Below are positions 20,197 through 30,275 of a stretch of 64,000 bases of DNA, in pieces; position 1 is the first letter of the stretch, and each line of letters starts with the position of its first letter. Source of the stretch: a virus; the IMG/VR virus record IMGVR_UViG_3300027996_000011, positions 31,728 through 95,727 of that record, one strand, 5' to 3'. Below the pieces are notes generated by a model. It did no database searches and had not been told where the DNA came from. It worked only from the letters and a program-made list of their open reading frames with translations. The translations under genes were made by a program, and so were the position numbers.

Positions 20197-20994
20197 ATGA
20201 ATAGTAAAGACATTACAATTATACTTCCGGTACACGATGTATCTGACGATTTTAACAACTGGTTTCCTAAATCTCTTAAAAGTTTAGAACAATCACAAGC
20301 AAAACCAGGTAAACTATTAATAGTTTGTGCTGAAAATAACTCCATAAAAGAATACATGAGCTCTTTAGAAAATACTACTGGTATCGATACTGAAATTGTG
20401 TACAATGATGGTGACACAACATATTGTGGACAAATTAATTTAGGTGTGTCCAAATGTAAGACTGAATACATTTCAGTATTAGAGTACGATGATGAATATT
20501 CTAATATTTGGTTTAAACAGTTTGATTTGTATGTGCCACATTATAAAGACGTAGATATATTTTTACCTTTGGTAGTAGATACTGACCAAGTAGGTCAATT
20601 TTTAGGTTTTACTAATGAAGCTTTATGGGCTATGGGATTCTCAGAAGAAATTGGATTTCTAGATAATAATACCTTATTAAAATATCAAAATTTCCAAGTT
20701 AGTGGTATGATTATGAGAAAGGATAAATTTGAGGAGATTGGTGGTTTAAAAGCTTCTATGAAACTTACTTTTAATTACGAATTTTTATTACGTGCTACTT
20801 ACAATGACACTACTATTATGACAATACCTAAAATAGGTTATAAGCATGTAAACCAAAGAGACAAGTCCTTATTTTGGAATTATAAATTTAAAGACGATTT
20901 AAAAATTGGCCAGGACGAAGCTAAGTTCTGGGTGGAAACAGCTAAAAAAGAATATTTTTTCACTAAAGATAGACAGGTTGAATTTGAGGGGTAA
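20197..20994 (+). CDS. GT2 glycosyltransferase
   Basis: ITIILPVH, QINLG, LEYDDEY, IGGL, YEFLLR. Confidence 0.8.
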   Translation: MNSKDITIILPVHDVSDDFNNWFPKSLKSLEQSQAKPGKLLIVCAENNSIKEYMSSLENTTGIDTEIVYNDGDTTYCGQINLGVSKCKTEYISVLEYDDEYSNIWFKQFDLYVPHYKDVDIFLPLVVDTDQVGQFLGFTNEALWAMGFSEEIGFLDNNTLLKYQNFQVSGMIMRKDKFEEIGGLKASMKLTFNYEFLLRATYNDTTIMTIPKIGYKHVNQRDKSLFWNYKFKDDLKIGQDEAKFWVETAKKEYFFTKDRQVEFEG

Positions 20995-21698
20995 TGGGAA
21001 GAAAGCCACTTACTAAACAATATTTTGGTCCTGACCAAGAGTTTGCTGTTAGAGTTTTTTTAACAGCTACTACTTGGGATGAAAAAAATAAAGTTTATAA
21101 CACCTCTCTTCGTGACCCTCTTATAAAAATGATAGAAAGTATTATAAGAAGATATAGGTTATATAGACCAGGTATGGAGTTTACTGATATTCACACCGAT
21201 ACTCTTTCATTTTTAGTTACAAAAATGGAAAAATTTAAACCAGCTAAAGGTAAAAAAGCTTATTCCTATTTTGGTACTATTTGTAAAAATTATTTAATGG
21301 GTCAAATAATGAAGGATAATAGAGATAGGAATAGAAAAATTTCATACGAGGATATATCTGGTAGTATGGAACAAAATGAAAAATATTCATATAGTATGTT
21401 TGATGATGATTACCTACCTATTGAGAAGATTATAAAACGTTTAATTTTAGAAATTAAAGAATTTGTTTCTAATAATCGATTAAGTATTAATGAAGAAAAG
21501 ATTGGTTACTGTTTAATAGATGTTTTTGAAAATTACCAAACTATATTTATCGCGGGTAAAGGTAATAAATTTAACAAAAATATTATACTTTACCAATTAC
21601 GTGAAATGAGTGGGTTGACCACTAAAGAAATTAGGTCTGCTTTAAAACCATATAAAAACATATATAAAGATATACTGGGAACGATACTAAATCAGTAA
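20994..21698 (+). CDS. Phage late-transcription sigma factor (T4 gp55-like)
   Basis: KQYF near N-terminus; KFKPAKGKKAYSYFGTICKNYL matches sigma region 2 of gp55 homologues (F.P.K....F.YF..I). Confidence 0.75.
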   Translation: MGRKPLTKQYFGPDQEFAVRVFLTATTWDEKNKVYNTSLRDPLIKMIESIIRRYRLYRPGMEFTDIHTDTLSFLVTKMEKFKPAKGKKAYSYFGTICKNYLMGQIMKDNRDRNRKISYEDISGSMEQNEKYSYSMFDDDYLPIEKIIKRLILEIKEFVSNNRLSINEEKIGYCLIDVFENYQTIFIAGKGNKFNKNIILYQLREMSGLTTKEIRSALKPYKNIYKDILGTILNQ

Positions 21699-21703
21699 TT
21701 AGA

Positions 21704-21711
21704 TATTTATA
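21704..21711 (+). promoter_or_regulatory. Putative late promoter TATTTATA
   Basis: GATATTTATAGGT-ATG. Confidence 0.65.
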
Positions 21712-21714
21712 GGT

Positions 21715-22089
21715 ATGCCTAGACCAAAAAGAAAGGAAATAAAATTAACCCACGATAGTGCGGTATCCTTAATGCAGGAAATATACAATGAATGTGTGGA
21801 ACAAAGAACCACAGCTATACGTATACAAAATAAGATGATTGGGTTTATGAAAGAAGCTGCTGACATGGCTTTAATCGGTCCGGTACTTAAAGAACAACAA
21901 AAAATTATAGATTCTTCTATAGATAAAAAATTACAACTATCTAAACTATTAGCTACTATAGCTTCTAAAAATATGGAGGTTTCCGGCACTGGATTTACTA
22001 TCGACGGTGACATGAAAGAAGCTATTAATGAATTAGTAACAAAAACACAACAATCTCAAGAAGGTGATAATTTAAATTATAAAATTTAA
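21715..22089 (+). CDS. Helical hypothetical late protein
   Basis: 124 aa, coiled-coil character, TATTTATA motif immediately upstream. Confidence 0.7.
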   Translation: MPRPKRKEIKLTHDSAVSLMQEIYNECVEQRTTAIRIQNKMIGFMKEAADMALIGPVLKEQQKIIDSSIDKKLQLSKLLATIASKNMEVSGTGFTIDGDMKEAINELVTKTQQSQEGDNLNYKI

Positions 22090-22091
22090 TT

Positions 22092-24164
22092 ATGGCTGAC
22101 CCAATACAACAACAAAAAGACATATTTAGTAAAGTCCAAGGATTAATGGCATTTTTAGATGCTACCGATGAACAGCGTAATAGGGAAAATTTAGACCAGT
22201 GGAAACAAACTTTCGCCGCACTAAAAGACATAACTAACAACCCACTACCTTTTTTATTAGATTTATTAAAAAGTCTTAAATCACATAAAGGAAATAGAAT
22301 AAAATTTAAACGTAAAGGGTATACCATGTCTTCTGAGTTAGAAAAAGACAAAAAAGGAGTTAAAGGGGATGGTTTATACAAAAAAACTAAAAAAGCATTC
22401 AGTACTAGATTTGGTTTATCCACTAGTACCGACCCTTGGTTAAGACAATTAGACCAGATTATTAGAACTTCTATGTTAGAAGTTTTACCTAGGGTAGACG
22501 ATATTCTTTTTGAGGAATTGTTAAAGGCATTTAATTGTGATATGTCTATGTTAGTTCCTACCGTTGGTGATGGTTTAACTACAGCGTTACAAATAGATAT
22601 TGCTGAGGTAGACCTTTTAAAACAACTAAAGAATGACCCGTCTAGTAGTGTTGGTAAATATATGTATGAGCAAAGTCCTTGGGCTACTGGTTATCCTCCT
22701 GGGAGTACGCCATTCTCAATGAATAAATTTCTTCGTGATTTGTATTTTACAACACCTGGTGTAGCACAAACAGTATACGGTGCAAGTGGTAGGCCTTTAT
22801 TTGATATTACCGCTGCTGCTGGTGTGTATACAATATCACCATATTATAAAGAACAAACTGGTAACCCAGGAATTCAATCAGCACCTAACGCAGCTGACCC
22901 TCTTGCTACAAAATTTACTTTCGTTGAATTTCTTAAGGATTACTTTGATAGTATACGTGTGATAGAAATACAGAACATTTTAGGTGCTTTGATGGAGGTA
23001 CTTACTGGTTTTATGAGTGTTAGAAATAAATCTTTTAGTGTCGAAGATGCTTTGGGGTTAGAAAAATTTATGTCTGCTGTAGAAAATATGTTGGAGTCGT
23101 GTGATGGTGCGGACTTGTCAGGCCCTAACAGTGAATCGGTAAACTATTTATCTGAACTTTCTGATGACGATAGTTTTTTTGAATTTAATGTGGAGGAAGA
23201 AAGAAATATAATTCTTGAAGCGGAAAGAAAATCTAAAAATGTTTTGTCTTTGGTGAGTTGTGGTCAAGTTGATATTCCAGTAGATAACGGTGTAATTGAT
23301 GATGGGTGTGATGAAATACTAGCCACCCAAGTCTTAGATGAACAATTAAAAGCTTTTGACCTTGTATTACAAAAAGCGGCTTCATCCTCAGCTTCTAAAG
23401 CTGGGTATGATATAAGTTTAGGGTCTATAAGTTTACCAGTAGAAATAGATTTTAAAGAAAATTTAATTAAAAAATTACCACAAATATTAACTTATTGTGT
23501 ACTTAGTACTAAAGCTATTCTTCCTGTAGTACTTACTAGTAGACTATTAAATCAGAATGGTGCTTTAGCTACAAATATTGAGTTATTTGGTAAGTTATTT
23601 AAACGTGTTATTATAAGACTTGTTAAAGAGTTTTTAGCTAGAGTAGCTAGACATATATTAGTGTTAGTAAAAAACATATTACTTCGTTTAATTAGAGATT
23701 TAATAAAACGTAAGTTAGATGCTATGAATAAAAAGAAAATTCGATTACTTAGAAGATTGTTGGATATTTTACTACCTCTTATTATCGCCTTACAAAACGC
23801 TACAAGTTGTAAAGAAATATTTAACATTATTTTAGGTATTTTGGCTGCAAATATGCCAGATATACCTTTTGGTGTACCACCATTTTTACTAGCAGCTTCA
23901 AAATTAAAACCTGGGTCTAGTAATTTAGGTACTTTTGAAAAGTTTATAGGTAAAATGGAAGCTGCGGGTCTTCCTGTGGGTGATATGCCGGATGGGAGTA
24001 CCAACCAATTTACAAAAGCTTTATTTATGTATGGAGCTGCTCATGAAGAAGAAAGAGTAGATAATGAAAAGGTGAAAATAAGTATAATGTATGGACAGAC
24101 CTTACATTGGTCTGGTCCTGGATTATTAAAACCTGGAACTACCGGAGACGGTACATCATTTTAA
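22092..24164 (+). CDS. Large hypothetical protein, probably structural (tail/baseplate region)
   Basis: 690-aa ORF in a late operon upstream of the spike gene; no recognisable catalytic motif. Confidence 0.6.
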   Translation: MADPIQQQKDIFSKVQGLMAFLDATDEQRNRENLDQWKQTFAALKDITNNPLPFLLDLLKSLKSHKGNRIKFKRKGYTMSSELEKDKKGVKGDGLYKKTKKAFSTRFGLSTSTDPWLRQLDQIIRTSMLEVLPRVDDILFEELLKAFNCDMSMLVPTVGDGLTTALQIDIAEVDLLKQLKNDPSSSVGKYMYEQSPWATGYPPGSTPFSMNKFLRDLYFTTPGVAQTVYGASGRPLFDITAAAGVYTISPYYKEQTGNPGIQSAPNAADPLATKFTFVEFLKDYFDSIRVIEIQNILGALMEVLTGFMSVRNKSFSVEDALGLEKFMSAVENMLESCDGADLSGPNSESVNYLSELSDDDSFFEFNVEEERNIILEAERKSKNVLSLVSCGQVDIPVDNGVIDDGCDEILATQVLDEQLKAFDLVLQKAASSSASKAGYDISLGSISLPVEIDFKENLIKKLPQILTYCVLSTKAILPVVLTSRLLNQNGALATNIELFGKLFKRVIIRLVKEFLARVARHILVLVKNILLRLIRDLIKRKLDAMNKKKIRLLRRLLDILLPLIIALQNATSCKEIFNIILGILAANMPDIPFGVPPFLLAASKLKPGSSNLGTFEKFIGKMEAAGLPVGDMPDGSTNQFTKALFMYGAAHEEERVDNEKVKISIMYGQTLHWSGPGLLKPGTTGDGTSF

Positions 24165-24167
24165 GAT

Positions 24168-24356
24168 ATGGAAGAATTTTTTAAAGAATATAAAAACAAA
24201 CCAAATAAAGAACTATTAGATATGCTGATGGTTTTAAAAGAGGAGTTTGATAAGACCAAGTCGGTACTTATTAATTTAACTTTACATATAGAAGATATAG
24301 AAAAAAAATTTAATTTAATAAATAAAGAACTAGATAATCGTAAACCTAATAAATAA
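24168..24356 (+). CDS. Small coiled-coil protein
   Basis: 62 aa, coupled to next gene (TAATG). Confidence 0.65.
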   Translation: MEEFFKEYKNKPNKELLDMLMVLKEEFDKTKSVLINLTLHIEDIEKKFNLINKELDNRKPNK

Positions 24357-26071
24357 TGGCTGGAACACAACCTTTTGACCATAGAAAAAATTCTGGAGTT
24401 GGTATTAAAATAAGTCAAATAATTAAATTTGCTGTATGTGTTGATAATAAGGACCCTCAAAGAGCCGGTCGTATTAGGGCAGTAATAACCAAAGGTGAGG
24501 GGTTAACAAAAAGTAAGATTGTTGACCCATTAAATGCTATTATAGGATTTGACGCTCAAGGAGTTAAAGATAAAACTTATTTACCTTGGGGGGCTGACGA
24601 CCCATATACATTTGCTCCTTTTTTACCATTACATTTAAATATACAACCTATTCCTGGTGAAGCAGTTAAAATAGTTGGGTTTGGACAAAGGGAAGGTAAT
24701 TTTAATGAAGAGTACGTTGGTCCTATGATTTCACAACCAGGTGAAATACGTACGGATAATTATTCTAGTGGACAACAGAATACAAGTTTTGGTACACAAA
24801 ATAAACCTTTACCTGATTTTGCTCCGGGTGGAATACCGTTACCTCAAGGTAAGGGATGTTTTCCTAATCCTGATGATATAGCTTTAATAGGTAGGGAAAA
24901 TTGTGATATTATTCTTGGTATGCGAGAAAAGGCCATAGTAGATGAGACTGATGAAAAATTAAAAGATTGGTACCCACAGATATTAATTAGGTCTGGGCAA
25001 TTAATAAAAAACGATAAATTTAGTTCAAGACCTAGATTTAACCCAAAACAAACCTTTATACAACTAAATACTTTCCCAACTACATTAACTTCTACAGTAA
25101 TAGAATTAGAAAAGACAGTACTAGAAGACGTACCCTTAACTACTTTACTTGAGTATCATTTAGATGATGCTCCCCTACAAGCTGGAATACTTACTGGTTT
25201 TATAAGAATATTAAAGATACCATTTGACAATAACTCAAAAATATATATGTCTGGTGACTTTAATAAAGAAATACAACTCCCTCCTAACACTATAGAAGCC
25301 TGTAGACTTAGTTTTACCAACGCTCCGTCAGTTACTGAGTTAGGTGGTATTATAACTCAGTACATTGCAGAATATGACGGTGGAGAATGGAGTAAGTTTG
25401 TAAAACCACCACCTTCTTGGGCTACAAAAACATACCACCCACAAGTAGATTTAAACAATAATAATAATGTTGGGTCTTTTATGGGTAAAACCCACCCATT
25501 ATATTTTAGACCAGATAGTGTAACTTTAAGATATATGGATAAAGCTATACCTGTTGGTGCACCATTGGTGTGGCCTAATATGCAAACTATAGTTAATAAT
25601 TTAAAAGATTTAATTGTGTTAGATGGGGTAAAAACTGATGGTTGGGGTCTAGCGTTTACTAGTGATGTGGGAGAAAGAAAGGTTAAGGAAAACAAAGTTA
25701 AAGAAAGTAAAAACGAAATAACTAGTGAAGATATGCAACAAGGTATTATTACCGCTGGTTCAGAAAAAATATATTTATTATCCCATAACTCAGCTGAACT
25801 TAATGGGAGAATAACATTAAGCACTAATTACGGTATCGACCAAGAAAAATTTGTAGTAGATATAGATGGTAAAACTAATTCACTAGTAAGGGGAGAAAAA
25901 CTAATGGAGTTATTGACAAAAATAGTAAGTTTTGTTTCTAGTCATACACACGCTTTTCCAGGACTAGCTCCAGTACCTCAAGGTCACGACGGTACTAGAG
26001 TAGAAGATATCAGTAGATTACTCGCGGATGCACCTAATACAATATTAAATCAAAATATTAGGATTAACTAG
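24356..26071 (+). CDS. Baseplate central spike/hub protein (gp5/gpV-like)
   Basis: N-terminal OB-fold signature VDNKDPQRAGRIRA...P..GE.V; C-terminal LVRGEKL...SHTH (HxH metal tip). Confidence 0.7.
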   Translation: MAGTQPFDHRKNSGVGIKISQIIKFAVCVDNKDPQRAGRIRAVITKGEGLTKSKIVDPLNAIIGFDAQGVKDKTYLPWGADDPYTFAPFLPLHLNIQPIPGEAVKIVGFGQREGNFNEEYVGPMISQPGEIRTDNYSSGQQNTSFGTQNKPLPDFAPGGIPLPQGKGCFPNPDDIALIGRENCDIILGMREKAIVDETDEKLKDWYPQILIRSGQLIKNDKFSSRPRFNPKQTFIQLNTFPTTLTSTVIELEKTVLEDVPLTTLLEYHLDDAPLQAGILTGFIRILKIPFDNNSKIYMSGDFNKEIQLPPNTIEACRLSFTNAPSVTELGGIITQYIAEYDGGEWSKFVKPPPSWATKTYHPQVDLNNNNNVGSFMGKTHPLYFRPDSVTLRYMDKAIPVGAPLVWPNMQTIVNNLKDLIVLDGVKTDGWGLAFTSDVGERKVKENKVKESKNEITSEDMQQGIITAGSEKIYLLSHNSAELNGRITLSTNYGIDQEKFVVDIDGKTNSLVRGEKLMELLTKIVSFVSSHTHAFPGLAPVPQGHDGTRVEDISRLLADAPNTILNQNIRIN

Positions 26072-26095
26072 ATATTTATTATATAAAGATATTTC

Positions 26096-27601
26096 ATGTC
26101 AACACATAGGTCCTACTTTAGTAAAAATAACACAATAATAGCTAATAGTTATGTAAATACAGCAAAAAATCCTGTCACACAACTATTTTATGGTAAAAGT
26201 CCATTCCCTACATGCGTTTTTACTGGATTATCAGGTGATAGTTGTAATAATCAGAGTGGTTTTACTAGTACAGTAACAGAAGGTTTTAGTAGATTTATAT
26301 TTGACCTTGATTTGCGTGATTTGTCGGAAAAAGTAAATAATTGTTGTGTCGAGTTGAGTGATGTAGGAACTACTCACACTCTAAAAATGACAAATACATC
26401 TAGTTTTGATGATAAGTTATTAAATGATAAAGTTTTGGTTAATGACACTAGAAGGGCTACTTCTTTTGATTTAATTTTATTTAAATCGGTTAGTGGTCAT
26501 AGTTGGGATGAGGGGGTTGGTTATGACTACCTAGTACCTAACGGTATATTTGAACCAGAATTTGATATGACGTACTCTACACGACCTAGTCATTGGTTTT
26601 CTTGTACAACTCTTTCACATTGGACTTATCCTGGTACATACCTTAACACACTAAGTACTAGTTACGATATCTTAGATACTCAACATTTTGATAATGGTAA
26701 TGAGGATATCAACTTCTCTTCTCAGGCTTTAAAAGATGAGATTAATTTTTTATTAACGGCAAGTACTAGTCTTACTTCCGGTACAACTTATGGTATAGCT
26801 TTTAGTGGGGCGTATGAAAATATAACAGGTATAACAGAATCTTACTCTGTTGGGTTTTTTACAAAGTACACACAGACATTTTTTGAACCTTTTTTAGAGA
26901 CTTTGTGGGATGATGATATTATTGATAATAGAAATAATTTTAATTTATTTAAACTAAATAGGCTTTTTCTTTATGTTTCAGACCACAATGGTCAACCAAT
27001 ATGTTTAGATAAACTTCCTAAATGCCAAATATTTGACTGTAATGGTAATCCAGTTGCTAATTTAATTGTTAAGAAACTAACTTGTGGTGTTTATTATGTG
27101 GAACTAACACTCTCATCCCTACCACCGGGTCAATCAACACCAGTTTTATATGAAGATGTGTGGTCAAGTATTGATATTGGTGGTGTGACACAACCTAATG
27201 TCGAGAATGAGTTTATAATCTATGATAACGCTTTTTCTATAGGACCATCTGCAGCACAACCTAAAGTATATGGGTATTCTGTTTCTGGTATTAAAGAAGA
27301 TGAAAAAATAAGTAGTGGTGAAACAAGGAAAGTCTTTATTTCTACAAGAGTACCTTATACAACAGAAAAACAGGTCTTAGTGGATAATTTACAATACAGG
27401 GTTTATGTTACACAAGGAACAACACAAGTAGAGGTAATTCCATGGTCACAAGTAAACATGGGTAACGAACATAATTACTTACTTATAGACACTGGGTGGA
27501 TGATTCCTAACGAATATTACCTAGACATTAAAGCGACTTCTAATCAACAAGTAGATACTTATAGAAAAGCAATAAAATTCCAAATAATTAATCAATTATG
27601 A
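26096..27601 (+). CDS. Putative virion structural protein (beta-rich)
   Basis: S/T/G-rich, SRFIFDLD, WDEG.G, T.TFFEP.LE..WDD elements; late motif upstream. Confidence 0.6.
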   Translation: MSTHRSYFSKNNTIIANSYVNTAKNPVTQLFYGKSPFPTCVFTGLSGDSCNNQSGFTSTVTEGFSRFIFDLDLRDLSEKVNNCCVELSDVGTTHTLKMTNTSSFDDKLLNDKVLVNDTRRATSFDLILFKSVSGHSWDEGVGYDYLVPNGIFEPEFDMTYSTRPSHWFSCTTLSHWTYPGTYLNTLSTSYDILDTQHFDNGNEDINFSSQALKDEINFLLTASTSLTSGTTYGIAFSGAYENITGITESYSVGFFTKYTQTFFEPFLETLWDDDIIDNRNNFNLFKLNRLFLYVSDHNGQPICLDKLPKCQIFDCNGNPVANLIVKKLTCGVYYVELTLSSLPPGQSTPVLYEDVWSSIDIGGVTQPNVENEFIIYDNAFSIGPSAAQPKVYGYSVSGIKEDEKISSGETRKVFISTRVPYTTEKQVLVDNLQYRVYVTQGTTQVEVIPWSQVNMGNEHNYLLIDTGWMIPNEYYLDIKATSNQQVDTYRKAIKFQIINQL

Positions 27602-27933
27602 AAAAAATAAAAATTAAAGAAAATGAACTAGTAGAATTAATAGAAAAACTAGTAAAAGAAAATATAGGTTTTGCTTCTTCAGCTATAGGTAATGGTAATG
27701 GGCAAAACTTTGGTTTAATGGGTACCCCAACGGCAAAATACAAAGACCTTTTAGAAAAAGAAGATATTGAGGAAGATGATATGGACGACAATGAAAATGA
27801 AGTTAGTGAAGAAACACTAAATCTTAATGTGGATGACGAAACTCAAGATGGGTTAAATCAAGAAGATTATATGGAAAGTGTAAAAGAATCACGATTAATC
27901 TCTAGAATTAGAAAAAATTTAAATAAAAAATAA
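27598..27933 (+). CDS. Acidic protein with KIKIKENELVELIEKLVKE leader (putative head-internal protein)
   Basis: Shared leader type A (see findings). Confidence 0.65.
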   Translation: MKKIKIKENELVELIEKLVKENIGFASSAIGNGNGQNFGLMGTPTAKYKDLLEKEDIEEDDMDDNENEVSEETLNLNVDDETQDGLNQEDYMESVKESRLISRIRKNLNKK

Positions 27934-27945
27934 AAAATAAAAACT

Positions 27946-28008
27946 ATGTGTGATTGTCAAATATGTAAATGTGGTACAAAGTGTGATTGTAGTTGTTGCG
28001 ATTGTTAA
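27946..28008 (+). CDS. Metallothionein-like micropeptide MCDCQICKCGTKCDCSCCDC (20 aa, 9 Cys)
   Basis: ATG27946..TAA28008, A-rich leader TAAAAAATAAAAACT, CxC/CC pattern, last ORF before a terminator. Confidence 0.75.
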   Translation: MCDCQICKCGTKCDCSCCDC

Positions 28009-28027
28009 AACACTAAAATATAGATAT

Positions 28028-28059
28028 AAAAAAAACCACCTAATAAGTGGTTTTTTTTT
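28028..28059. terminator. Bidirectional intrinsic terminator
   Basis: A-run, CCAC, loop, GTGG, T9 between convergent genes. Confidence 0.75.
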
Positions 28060-28061
28060 GT

Positions 28062-28370
28062 TTAAATATCTTCGTCACTTTCGTCAACGTAATCATTGTC
28101 ATAATCATATTCGTGAGTTACAACAGTTCTACTAGGTGGCTCTGGTTCCTCAACAACCTCACCTTTCGGTGAGAAATTTTCTGAAGCTGTAAAACCAAGT
28201 CCAGCCATTACAATCCATTGTAAAGACTCAAATATATTATCGTCAATTGTGAAATCCCAAAAAAGATTTGCTGTATAACCAATTAACATAAATAGAAGAC
28301 ATACAAAGGTAACAAATCTTTTACTAGATACTTTACCTTCACTACTTAACATGTTTTTAAAAAAGTTCAT
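28062..28370 (-). CDS. Small two-TM membrane protein, holin-like
   Basis: Start ATG28370 (MNFFKNML); VSSKRFVTFVCLLFMLIGY and LQWIVMAGLGF hydrophobic segments, acidic tail, late motif upstream. Confidence 0.55.
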   Translation of the reverse strand: MNFFKNMLSSEGKVSSKRFVTFVCLLFMLIGYTANLFWDFTIDDNIFESLQWIVMAGLGFTASENFSPKGEVVEEPEPPSRTVVTHEYDYDNDYVDESDEDI

Positions 28371-28398
28371 AATTGTTTTTATTATAAATATCAGTACA

Positions 28399-28430
28399 TA
28401 AAAAAAAGCCCTCATAAAGAGGGCTTTTTT
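28399..28430 (-). terminator. Intrinsic terminator after major capsid gene
   Basis: A-run, GCCCTC-ATAAA-GAGGGC, T-run. Confidence 0.88.
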
Positions 28431-28452
28431 AAATATATAACTTATTCAGTTA

Positions 28453-30249
28453 CTAGAATCTTTTCAATTCTCTAATATCAAATGTTCTAACTCCATCAAC
28501 AGTGATTCTTCCGTAGAATCTATTGTTCACCATTTTCTTAGCGTATCTAGTCATGATACCTTTGATTGGTGTAAAGTTGAATGGGTTATACATTGTTGGA
28601 GTTAACTGTAATGGTACATACGGTGCGTAAACGTACCCAGTATCCAATAAAGATGTTCCTTTATGTCCAATTAACACTTGGTTAGCTGGGAAGTAAGGGT
28701 CTCTATATACAGTAAATCTTCCTGATAATGTTCCAATTTTCTCAATACCCATGTTATATGAATCTTGTTCTGGTGACGCATTTGATACGTGGAAGTATTC
28801 CAAGTCATCAAAAATTGCAGAAACCTCTGAAGAACATACAATCCAGTTAGCCCCACCTCTTAAAGTAGACTTGTGAATTTGAGCAGAAATTTGGTTTATA
28901 GTTGTAATCAATGTTTGATTCCAATCTTTTTGAGTATATGGAGCTTGACCAGCTGAGAATCTCTTCCAACCGTTGTAGTCCCATCTTAAGTCCCATGCTG
29001 CACCTTTTCTAAGGTCTCTCAAGATTTCTCTATCGATTTCAGCTGCAACTTCTTCAGATAATAAAGCTGTTAATTCAGCTTCAGCATCAATATTATGGAA
29101 TGCAGAAACATCTTGTGCAAGTTCTGGTGACCATTGAGCTCTTAACTTTCTTTCAGTAACAGAAACTGTAACCGCTTGTAAGTCAAAAGAAACTTCTCCC
29201 ATTTGGTCTTCGAATTCAAGACTGTTATACTGTCTCCATTTAGCCGTCATAACATAAGCTGTATCACCTGATGAACCAACATAACCGTCAACTGATGTAC
29301 AAGATACACAAGCTGGACAAGATAAGTCTAATTCAAGGAATACTGTTCCTGTAGAGTCACAAACATCAGTTCTATCAACAATACCAAATCCGTATTTTTG
29401 TGTAACTACACGGAATAAGATTGCTGATTCAGCAGCGTAAGTAACACCAGTAGTTACTGAACCACCTGCAGTTCCGTCAGTATCACAACAGTTAATTATT
29501 GTTGAGTTAGATACAACTAATGAAGATAAAAAGTCTTCATTATCCATCTCGTTACCTTTAGCGTCAGTTAATTTACCAGCTCCAGTAGTACTAAATCCAG
29601 TTAAAGAAACAACAATTGTTCTTCTACAAGCAACGTGATAAGTTGCCCAATTTGCAGCGTCAGTAACTAATTGGTTTCCTGACCATGCGTAAGGATATAA
29701 TACTTGTTGTGCTACAGTAAAACTTCCTTTTGAGTAGTCATATAAACCATCATTTGCTTCTTGTGGTGCATTTCCAGCGTAAAAATCATCATATAAAGAT
29801 GATGATGCTGCTGAGAATGAAGCTCCTGGAGTTTGTTGATACCCATCAGCTACCGTAGTACCTTCATTTTGAGGTGCTCCGTAAGGTGAGAATTGTACTC
29901 CTGTTGCAGCGTAAGCTGCGATTTTAGGTACAAAGTAAAATAACTTACCAATTGGTAAATTCATAGCTTGTACAGAAACGATGTCGTTTGCTAATAATTT
30001 AGAGAATACTCTCCTAATTATTGGAAAAACGACTGTTTCGAATGAACCTGAATCAGCAGCTGTAGTAGCTTCGTTGATTAGGTGTGTTGCTTGGTTTTCA
30101 TATAGCTGAGCTATATTTTCTTTAACGTGTCCTTTAAGACCGTCTAGGAATCCAAGTTTGTTCCATTTGTTTAAGGTATCTTCTTTAATAACTTTAAGGT
30201 GTTTTAACCCAATGTTACCGACCATACCTGATTCTAATAGTGCTCCCAT
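28453..30249 (-). CDS. Major capsid protein (T4 gp23-like) with Cys-rich insertion
   Basis: PIIRRVF...DIVSVQAM..P.G, RKLRAQWSPELAQD, DAEAELTALLSEE..AEIDREI, YAPYVPL, GIMTRYA. Confidence 0.96.
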   Translation of the reverse strand: MGALLESGMVGNIGLKHLKVIKEDTLNKWNKLGFLDGLKGHVKENIAQLYENQATHLINEATTAADSGSFETVVFPIIRRVFSKLLANDIVSVQAMNLPIGKLFYFVPKIAAYAATGVQFSPYGAPQNEGTTVADGYQQTPGASFSAASSSLYDDFYAGNAPQEANDGLYDYSKGSFTVAQQVLYPYAWSGNQLVTDAANWATYHVACRRTIVVSLTGFSTTGAGKLTDAKGNEMDNEDFLSSLVVSNSTIINCCDTDGTAGGSVTTGVTYAAESAILFRVVTQKYGFGIVDRTDVCDSTGTVFLELDLSCPACVSCTSVDGYVGSSGDTAYVMTAKWRQYNSLEFEDQMGEVSFDLQAVTVSVTERKLRAQWSPELAQDVSAFHNIDAEAELTALLSEEVAAEIDREILRDLRKGAAWDLRWDYNGWKRFSAGQAPYTQKDWNQTLITTINQISAQIHKSTLRGGANWIVCSSEVSAIFDDLEYFHVSNASPEQDSYNMGIEKIGTLSGRFTVYRDPYFPANQVLIGHKGTSLLDTGYVYAPYVPLQLTPTMYNPFNFTPIKGIMTRYAKKMVNNRFYGRITVDGVRTFDIRELKRF

Positions 30250-30275
30250 AGTTTTTTTTTTAGTTTAAAAAGCGT

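Noticed and set aside
21715-22089. Small terminase candidate
   Set aside because: Size, helicity and late motif fit, but no recognisable motif and it is far from terL; cannot be supported without a profile search
27950-28135. 61-aa ORF in the track
   Set aside because: Runs through a terminator into a convergent gene; the ATG27946 Cys-rich frame is the better call
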